From IMG/VR virus record IMGVR_UViG_3300025168_000463, positions 1-28,837 of that record: a stretch of DNA of 28,837 nt; one strand, given 5' to 3'. The DNA is from a virus. Its lineage: Duplodnaviria > Caudoviricetes. Under the pieces are notes generated by a model, which was not told the DNA's origin, did not search any database, and saw only the letters and a list, made by a program, of their open reading frames with translations. Below, one piece after another: positions 23,539 through 28,837 of the stretch (the stretch's first letter is position 1; each line of letters begins with the position of its first letter). A program made the position numbers and the translations under genes.

Positions 23539-24038
23539 TGCCAGCACCACTCGCAATACCTGCAGCAGCAGCTTTAGCTTTAGCAAGATCAGCAGCTAAA
23601 CAAGCAGGAGTACCTATAGCTCAGTTAACTAAGAAGATGATTCAAAATGCTCCTATCCCTGTAAGGTGGAAAAAATTATTTCAACCCAAAAATACTGCAG
23701 GTGAATCAAAGATAGCTAACGCAATTAAATCAAGCAGAACTATGGCTATGGGTGAGGGAAAATTTGGACTTACTGGTTTAGGTATAGGTATAACTGCAGG
23801 TGTTGCAGGTACTGTGTTAGCAATGACAAAAGATAAAGATAAAAATAAACAAGTAAATAAAAAGAAAGCTCAACCTAACGTAAGAGTAGGACTTAAAACA
23901 GGTGCTACGAAAAAAGGAAAAACAGGTAAAACAGGAACTACAGTAAGTAGTCCACCTAAAAAGAAAGTTGTAAAGCCAAAGCCAAGACCAAAGAAACCTG
24001 TTCCTAAAGTTAGACCAAGAGTGAGACCAAGCTCATGA
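23538..24038 (+). CDS. Highly basic protein with a central Gly-rich hydrophobic helix and Lys/Pro/Arg tail
   Basis: TAATG coupling; GLTGLGIGITAGVAGTVLA; KPKPRPKKPVPKVRPRVRP. Confidence 0.6.
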   Translation: MPAPLAIPAAAALALARSAAKQAGVPIAQLTKKMIQNAPIPVRWKKLFQPKNTAGESKIANAIKSSRTMAMGEGKFGLTGLGIGITAGVAGTVLAMTKDKDKNKQVNKKKAQPNVRVGLKTGATKKGKTGKTGTTVSSPPKKKVVKPKPRPKKPVPKVRPRVRPSS

Positions 24039-24502
24039 GTTTTAGATTAAGCCAAAGATCTGTAGACAGACTAGAGGGTGTACACCCAGATATGACAGCA
24101 GTAGTTGAGAGAGCTATCCAACTGACAGACACAGACTTTGGAGTGACGCAGGGTGTCAGAACCTTAGATGAACAAAAGGCTAACGTAGCTGCAGGAAGAT
24201 CACAGACCATGAGGTCTAAGCACTTAATTCAACAAACTGGTTTTAGTCACGCAGTAGATGTAGTAGCTTATGTTGGTTCTGATGTTTCTTGGGAACTAAA
24301 CTTGTACGACAATATTTGTGACGCATTTAAAAAGGCTGCAGAAGAAGTAGGCTGCAGTATCAAATGGGGAGCAGCTTGGAGTGAAGGAGATATAAGATCT
24401 TACCCAGGCAGCGCAGAGGATGCTATGATGGCATACGTAGACTTAAGACGCAGCCAGGGGCGTAGACCCTTTATCGATGCTCCCCACTTTGAATTGATGT
24501 AA
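24035..24502 (+). CDS. Endolysin, peptidase M15 family (L-Ala-D-Glu peptidase-like)
   Basis: LEGVHPD, GVRTLDEQ, SKH...HAVD, WG and DAPHFEL Zn-binding motifs. Confidence 0.9.
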   Translation: MSFRLSQRSVDRLEGVHPDMTAVVERAIQLTDTDFGVTQGVRTLDEQKANVAAGRSQTMRSKHLIQQTGFSHAVDVVAYVGSDVSWELNLYDNICDAFKKAAEEVGCSIKWGAAWSEGDIRSYPGSAEDAMMAYVDLRRSQGRRPFIDAPHFELM

Positions 24503-24503
24503 A

Positions 24504-24704
24504 ATGGAAATAGAACAAACAATAGGTGACAACTTCAGCGGCACTAAAAACATAACTGTGTCTACAGGTGGGGGCAGTGACCTAGAAGCAGGAATAGAAT
24601 TTATCTACGACATGCGTGAGCACATGGTAGATATTGGCATAGCAACTGTCTACGGTCTTGTAGTCTTTGCTGTAGTAATGTGGATCAGAAAAAGGTTTTC
24701 GTAG
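24504..24704 (+). CDS. Small C-terminally anchored membrane protein in the lysis cassette
   Basis: TM helix IGIATVYGLVVFAVVMW followed by RKR. Confidence 0.55.
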   Translation: MEIEQTIGDNFSGTKNITVSTGGGSDLEAGIEFIYDMREHMVDIGIATVYGLVVFAVVMWIRKRFS

Positions 24705-25066
24705 TGAGATGGTTATTACTCGTATTATTTTTATCTTCTTGTGGTTTGAGTACTCTCCTACCGCTAGGAAGATCAGGCGGTCCTACAGTAAATTCTAACG
24801 CACAGGTAGGTGCTGAGAATAGACAAGCTGTAATGAGTGTTGAACAAAACACTACTGCAGGAAGAGACGTAATCAAAAAAGAAGTAGAGACAGGAACTGT
24901 GGAAAACTTAGACATCATCAACACCAACATACCTCCTTGGGTTATTTTGTTGTTAATTCTAGGTTGGCTCTTGCCAACACCAACAGAAATGATTAGAGGT
25001 GTAACAGATTTTGTTTTGAGACTGTTCGGAAGAAGAGATAATCCGAAGTACGACAGGTATAAGTAA
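24704..25066 (+). CDS. Unimolecular spanin (u-spanin)
   Basis: GTG start (TAGTG overlap), lipoprotein signal MRWLLLVLFLSS-C, beta-rich periplasmic part and C-terminal TM IPPWVILLLILGWLLP. This is the T1 gp11-type architecture, downstream of the endolysin. Confidence 0.8.
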   Translation: MRWLLLVLFLSSCGLSTLLPLGRSGGPTVNSNAQVGAENRQAVMSVEQNTTAGRDVIKKEVETGTVENLDIINTNIPPWVILLLILGWLLPTPTEMIRGVTDFVLRLFGRRDNPKYDRYK

Positions 25067-25384
25067 ATGGCTGTACCTGAACGTGTCAAAAATAAAATGA
25101 AAGCTGTTGGCCTCAAAGGTGTCAACAAACCGCAAAGGTTAAATGATAGTAGTGATAAGTCACATCATGTGATGGCATCTGAAGGAGGCAAGTACAAGTA
25201 CATAAAGTTCGGGCAGGAAGGTGTAAAGACAAATCAGACTGCAGGGCAGCGTGAAGCTTTTAAATCGAGACACGCAAAGAACATATCAAAAGGTAAAATG
25301 TCAGCAGCGTATTGGGCAGACAAAGTTAAATGGAGTGCTTCTAAAACAAAATCTCCTTCTAAGAAATGGGTTAAAGGATCATAA
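25067..25384 (+). CDS. Conserved basic phage protein (FGQ...FKxRH...AAYWA family)
   Basis: KSHHV, IKFGQEG, REAFKSRH and SAAYWADKVKW motifs; Lys-rich. Confidence 0.65.
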   Translation: MAVPERVKNKMKAVGLKGVNKPQRLNDSSDKSHHVMASEGGKYKYIKFGQEGVKTNQTAGQREAFKSRHAKNISKGKMSAAYWADKVKWSASKTKSPSKKWVKGS

Positions 25385-25388
25385 GATA

Positions 25389-25775
25389 ATGAACAAAAAA
25401 GAAATAATTATTTTTGCGGCATGGGTTGGTATAGCCTCTGTAATGGCAGCTTCATCTGTTTACGCAAAAGATTTCTCAGTAGCAGGTCAGACTGTCTCGT
25501 TTGGAGCAGCATCTGATTTAAACTACACAACTGGTTCAGAAGACTGGGAATGGGAAATGACACCATCAGCAGGTTTATCTGCTATGGGTATTGGCTTAAC
25601 GATGTCTACTGACATTGATATGCTGACTCTTGACGAAGGAGACATCTTTCAAGGCTTAGACTTTACAGCAGACTACACTGTACCTAGCACAAACATTAGT
25701 TTATATACTGAAGTATCAACAGACACAGACCTAGAGTTTGGTGATGTAACAGTAGGGGCTACGGTCAGTTTCTAA
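25389..25775 (+). CDS. Small outer-membrane beta-barrel protein
   Basis: Start revised to MNKKEII; Sec signal ending VYA, alternating amphipathic strands, C-terminal beta-signal VGATVSF. Confidence 0.7.
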   Translation: MNKKEIIIFAAWVGIASVMAASSVYAKDFSVAGQTVSFGAASDLNYTTGSEDWEWEMTPSAGLSAMGIGLTMSTDIDMLTLDEGDIFQGLDFTADYTVPSTNISLYTEVSTDTDLEFGDVTVGATVSF

Positions 25776-25969
25776 TGTGGATAGCCTTTATGCTCCTCTG
25801 TACTGGACCTTCCGCATCATCTTGCGAGATAATTGCAAAGACAAGAGCACCATTTACTACAGAAGAAGCATGTGCTGAAGAAGCATTATTAGTAACTAGA
25901 TACTTTCAAGAACAAGGGTATCTAGCAATTCCCCAATGTGAGAAAATAAACATAGGAGTTTCATTATGA
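25775..25969 (+). CDS. Small exported Cys-containing protein, 64 aa
   Basis: TAATG coupling; hydrophobic N-terminus and FTTEEAC...PQC. Confidence 0.65.
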   Translation: MWIAFMLLCTGPSASSCEIIAKTRAPFTTEEACAEEALLVTRYFQEQGYLAIPQCEKINIGVSL

Positions 25970-26061
25970 GAATAGTTAAATGGATAGGAAGATACTTAAA
26001 AAGAGTAGCTTGTGCACTATTAAACATTAAATGCGGTGCAGATTGTAACTGTAAGGCGTAG
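25966..26061 (+). CDS. Unlisted 31-aa amphipathic Cys-rich peptide (MRIVKWIGRYLKRVACALLNIKCGADCNCKA)
   Basis: Read by hand: AGGAG SD and ATGA overlap; fills the gap. Confidence 0.65.
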   Translation: MRIVKWIGRYLKRVACALLNIKCGADCNCKA

Positions 26062-26065
26062 GACT

Positions 26066-26359
26066 ATGGCTTTATCAAAACAAAATAAGACCAAAGTAAA
26101 AAAAGTAATCAAAGGGTTAAACAAAGCTGTTAAGGCTCACGCAGGACAAGCAAAGGCTTTAAAGAAAGTAACTGGCATGTCTAAAGGGGGTAGTACTGTA
26201 AACAAAGCAGGAAACTACACAAACCCTGGAATGAGAAAAACTTTGTTTAACTCGATTAAAGCAAGTAGCAAAGGTGGAAACCCTGGTCAGTGGTCTGCTC
26301 GTAAAGCTCAGATGTTAGCTAAACAATACAAAGCTAAAGGTGGGGGCTACAAGACTTGA
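26066..26359 (+). CDS. Basic protein, DUF5872-like N-terminal half
   Basis: NYTNPGMRK...KGGNPGQWSARKAQMLAKQYKAKGGGY; start revised to ATG 26066. Confidence 0.65.
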   Translation: MALSKQNKTKVKKVIKGLNKAVKAHAGQAKALKKVTGMSKGGSTVNKAGNYTNPGMRKTLFNSIKASSKGGNPGQWSARKAQMLAKQYKAKGGGYKT

Positions 26360-26619
26360 AAGCTCCTCAGAAATCTCTTAAGAAATGGAGTCAACAGAAG
26401 TGGAGAACTTCTGATGGATCACCATCTAAGGGTAAGAAGAGGTACTTGCCTGATAAAGCATGGAAAGCTTTAAGTTCTGAGGAAAAGGCTGCTACTAACA
26501 AAGCCAAAGCCGCAGGAAATAAAAAAGGAAAACAGTTTGTTGCCCAACCAAAAGGTGTAGCAAAGAAAGTAAAACCCTACAGAGCTAGTAAGGGAGGCCT
26601 AGCTAGAAAGAAAAAATAA
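26356..26619 (+). CDS. Basic protein, DUF5872-like C-terminal half
   Basis: QKSLKKW..QKWRT...RYLP..AW..LS...GKQFV; TTG start overlapping TGA. Confidence 0.65.
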   Translation: MKAPQKSLKKWSQQKWRTSDGSPSKGKKRYLPDKAWKALSSEEKAATNKAKAAGNKKGKQFVAQPKGVAKKVKPYRASKGGLARKKK

Positions 26620-26621
26620 AT

Positions 26622-27308
26622 ATGTCGTTTCTTACTAGCAGTATACCGTACTTCAAAGCTTGGGTACGTAGAGAATACACAAAGAACTTAGAAGATTACC
26701 ACGGAGAGTTCTTACACGCTATGGTAATTGGTGTAACCACCATGCCAAACAGAACTCTGAGTTTCCAAGTTATCTTCACAGGTTGTGAATCAGATTTTGA
26801 TGACTCACTTAACGTACATGGTGGAGCAATGTGGGCAAGGATGCCATTGACTGCACTTGTAGCAGATACTCCTTTAGAGGATTGGCCTACAGAGTTACCA
26901 CCGTACTTAGCACAACCCTGGGATTGTATGTCGCATACTCACTCAGTACACAAATTAGAAAGAGCCTCACCTGCTCCTTGGATAGCAAAGATAGATGGTG
27001 AGTTTTATCCTGCAAAGTATTACTTCACTGTTGACTACACAGACAACGAAGTAGCAGATGACCCTGCACAACATAAACAATCTCATGTTTTGGAGTTGTT
27101 AGACGCAGGAGAATACACAGGTAACATGGTTGCGTTGCCCAATAATAGAGTGAGAGTAACTCACCCTGCTTGGTTTGAAACTGGTGAAGGTGCTCCAGAC
27201 TTTAAACCAAACCAGAACATATATAACTCAAAAGAAGACGTAGACTATGTATGGGATACGCAACGAGTCTTTAACAATTTGTACAGTATTAATGGTGAGG
27301 AAGAATAA
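26622..27308 (+). CDS. Conserved acidic globular protein of unknown function, 228 aa
   Basis: Motif-rich: HGGAMWARMP, QPWDC, FTVDY, QHKQSH, LPNNR. Confidence 0.75.
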   Translation: MSFLTSSIPYFKAWVRREYTKNLEDYHGEFLHAMVIGVTTMPNRTLSFQVIFTGCESDFDDSLNVHGGAMWARMPLTALVADTPLEDWPTELPPYLAQPWDCMSHTHSVHKLERASPAPWIAKIDGEFYPAKYYFTVDYTDNEVADDPAQHKQSHVLELLDAGEYTGNMVALPNNRVRVTHPAWFETGEGAPDFKPNQNIYNSKEDVDYVWDTQRVFNNLYSINGEEE

Positions 27309-27757
27309 TGGCAAAAGAAGATTACAAAGGACAATTTAAGAGTTTAGCTAAACGATTAGGGCCAGGGTATACTGTAAAAAAACTAAAAGGAATGTCTGAA
27401 AAAGATTTAGAAAAACTCATAAGACTTGAAGATTATATGGATGAAGAAATAGCAATTAGAAAAAATCTTAATAAGGGTGGTATGATGAAGAAAAAGGGTT
27501 ATGCTAAAGGCGGCATGAAGAAAAAGGGTTACGCAGCAGGAGGATTAAAAGCTCCTAGTGCATCTCAGTCTGGTCTTAAAAAATTACCTACAGCAGTTCG
27601 TAACAACATGGGTTACATGAACCAAGGTGGTATGCCAAAGAAAAAGAAAGCTTACGCCAAAGGTGGTAAAGTTGCTATGTACAACGTAGGCGGCATGGTT
27701 AAATCTTCTGGCGAAATCAACACTGGTATTGCTAGACCTAAGAATACTTACAAGTAA
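27308..27757 (+). CDS. Lys-rich protein with six [YML]xxGG repeats
   Basis: LNKGG, YAKGG, YAAGG, MNQGG, YAKGG, YNVGG. Confidence 0.75.
   Translation: MAKEDYKGQFKSLAKRLGPGYTVKKLKGMSEKDLEKLIRLEDYMDEEIAIRKNLNKGGMMKKKGYAKGGMKKKGYAAGGLKAPSASQSGLKKLPTAVRNNMGYMNQGGMPKKKKAYAKGGKVAMYNVGGMVKSSGEINTGIARPKNTYK
27485..27534 (+). repeat. 30-bp coding tandem repeat (MKKKGYA)
   Basis: ATGAAGAAAAAGGGTTAYGC at 27485 and 27515. Confidence 0.85.
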
Positions 27758-27769
27758 AAGGATAATACA

Positions 27770-28384
27770 ATGGCTTCTTACAAAGATTATAAAAGTATCT
27801 CTGCCGCTAAAAAAGCAGGATCAATATATTACATGAATAAACAAGGCAAGAAAATGCTTGCCGTAACAAAAGAAGATTTAGATTCTTGGAAGAAAAAGAA
27901 CAAAGGTAAGTACAAAGGTTCTGCTCTTACAGCTTGGGCTAACGCAAAAGGTAAAAACATTAGCGGTGCTCCATCATCTTCAAAGAAACCTAAAGCACGT
28001 CCAGACTCAGATAAAATTACGGTTGAGAAGTTACCTCCTGCTTTTACTATTAAGACTAAAGGTGCTCAAGCTAAAGAAAGCATTGGAGAGCGAGAGTCTA
28101 AATCTAAGCAAGTAGACAAAGTTAAAAAGGTTGCTGAAGAAGGTTTAGCAAAAGCTACTAAGTTTGATGAATGGTACAAAAAGAACGGAAGTGATTACAA
28201 AAATAGAGCAAGAGCTATGGAAGCCTATAAGATGGGTCCAGGCAAGACAGAAGGCACTAGGTACGGAAACTCTAAAGGTAGCCTACAGAAAAAGAAAAAA
28301 GGTTATGCTAAAGGTGGAATGATGGACTATCGTACAAAAGGAATGTTTTACGGTGGTGGTATGACTAGGAGAACTAGCAAATGA
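27770..28384 (+). CDS. Lys-rich protein, 204 aa, with C-terminal YAKGG/FYGGG motifs
   Basis: AAGGGA SD; KKPKARP; KKKKKGYAKGGMMDYRTKGMFYGGG. Confidence 0.75.
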   Translation: MASYKDYKSISAAKKAGSIYYMNKQGKKMLAVTKEDLDSWKKKNKGKYKGSALTAWANAKGKNISGAPSSSKKPKARPDSDKITVEKLPPAFTIKTKGAQAKESIGERESKSKQVDKVKKVAEEGLAKATKFDEWYKKNGSDYKNRARAMEAYKMGPGKTEGTRYGNSKGSLQKKKKGYAKGGMMDYRTKGMFYGGGMTRRTSK

Positions 28385-28635
28385 AACTAGAAGGTGATAA
28401 GATAGTAGATCAATACGGAGCAGTTCTTGGTGAACGTATTCACGGAGAGTGGCACACTAAAGATCCTGCTGTCTTAGAGTTTATTATGAACCAAGGAAAA
28501 CCTGAGACTGTAGCAGATGTAGTAGAACAAGAGAGAGTACGTGCTCGAAATGAAAGGGGTCATTACGTAAAGGATGATCCTTCTACTCCTGATGTTAACG
28601 AAGCATGGACTACAAAAACTAAAGGCAAGTCATAA
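28381..28635 (+). CDS. Hypothetical protein with RAR...G..DDPxTPxxNEAW motif
   Basis: AGGAG SD and ATGA overlap. Confidence 0.7.
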   Translation: MKLEGDKIVDQYGAVLGERIHGEWHTKDPAVLEFIMNQGKPETVADVVEQERVRARNERGHYVKDDPSTPDVNEAWTTKTKGKS

Positions 28636-28640
28636 CGGGG

Positions 28641-28669
28641 TTGCATATTTATCACTACTCTGGTATAAC
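28641..28669 (+). promoter_or_regulatory. Promoter for the DUF1127 gene
   Basis: TTGCAT-17 bp-TATAAC right after the upstream stop. Confidence 0.6.
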
Positions 28670-28725
28670 TACTTGTATATAACTATCCTCACCCAGTTAG
28701 GGCTAACAAATACAGAGGATAGAAA

Positions 28726-28837
28726 ATGTTTAAAAGATTGTTCAACAAAATTGTAGAATCAAGAACAGAGTCAGCTAGACGTAAGATTGCACGTATTCAA
28801 CTTTACAAAATGACTGATAGAGAATTACTGGACTTAG
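28726..28837 (+). CDS. DUF1127 (YjiS-like) small protein, 3'-truncated
   Basis: Read by hand: MFKRLFNKIVESRTESARRKIARIQLYKMTDRELLDL(G) matches the Arg-rich helix plus LxxMxDxxLxDxG signature; GAGGA SD. Confidence 0.8.
   Translation, partial: MFKRLFNKIVESRTESARRKIARIQLYKMTDRELLDL

Noticed and set aside
620-24210. Antisense or nested ORFs in the track (620-871, 6777-6983, 7685-7936, 8018-8200, 9311-9565, 9722-9907, 10671-10859, 11012-11272, 11335-11562, 12023-12262, 12976-13218, 13931-14146, 16513-16701, 16623-16805, 16868-17056, 17160-17411, 17726-17932, 18638-18847, 19110-19295, 20035-20250, 20982-21188, 22818-23135, 23148-23396, 24010-24210)
   Set aside because: They are shadows of well-supported genes, mostly against the arm's direction, with Ser/Leu-rich shadow composition and no recognisable motifs.
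24685-25128. 147-aa minus-strand ORF as an embedded spanin partner
   Set aside because: It is antisense to a complete u-spanin and has no lipobox. Nested o-spanins lie on the same strand.
26340-26362. Programmed -1 frameshift joining the DUF5872-like halves
   Set aside because: No XXXYYYZ slippery heptamer at the junction. A GGTGGGGG SD-like run upstream of TTG explains independent coupled initiation.
28574-28756. 60-aa ORF from the track
   Set aside because: It runs through the promoter and UTR of the better-supported DUF1127 gene and overlaps the upstream gene out of frame.
1-28837. tRNA or rRNA genes, integrase/att site, IS elements, introns or inteins
   Set aside because: No T-arm or cloverleaf motif was seen by eye in the few intergenic gaps, and no recombinase or transposase motifs. 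Pol, helicase and RNR are uninterrupted and of normal length. A tRNAscan/Infernal run would be needed to exclude ncRNAs fully.

Overview
The whole window is the genome of a lytic-type, tailed marine podovirus, very probably of an alphaproteobacterial (Roseobacter-group) host, read across what looks like the joined ends of a linear genome. (i) 1-5429 (+): end of the virion module, with a lysozyme-like ejection protein fragment and three probable internal virion proteins, closed by a bidirectional terminator. (ii) 5463-21792 (-): a complete SIO1/cobavirus-like early and replication arm with about 25 small early ORFs (including a HhH-GPD glycosylase-like protein, a C5-DNA methyltransferase with four TRD-like modules, a HEXXH peptidase and a cytochrome aa3 subunit IV homologue), T7-type primase-helicase, family A DNA polymerase, SSB, Cas4-like exonuclease, endonuclease I, MazG-like protein, class II (B12) ribonucleotide reductase, DUF1289 and DUF3310. 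No RNA polymerase or integrase is recognisable. (iii) about 21800-22680: divergent control and probable terminal region with ~32-bp-phased repeats, four operator-like palindromes, several promoters and an AT-rich element that has an inverted sister copy at 16.1 kb. (iv) 22324-28837 (+): lysis cassette (EF-hand membrane protein, M15 endolysin, u-spanin), a small outer-membrane beta-barrel, a cluster of very basic proteins sharing a [YMF]xxGG motif, and a truncated DUF1127 gene behind an SD-sequestering hairpin. All family calls come from motifs recognised by eye; no database search was run.
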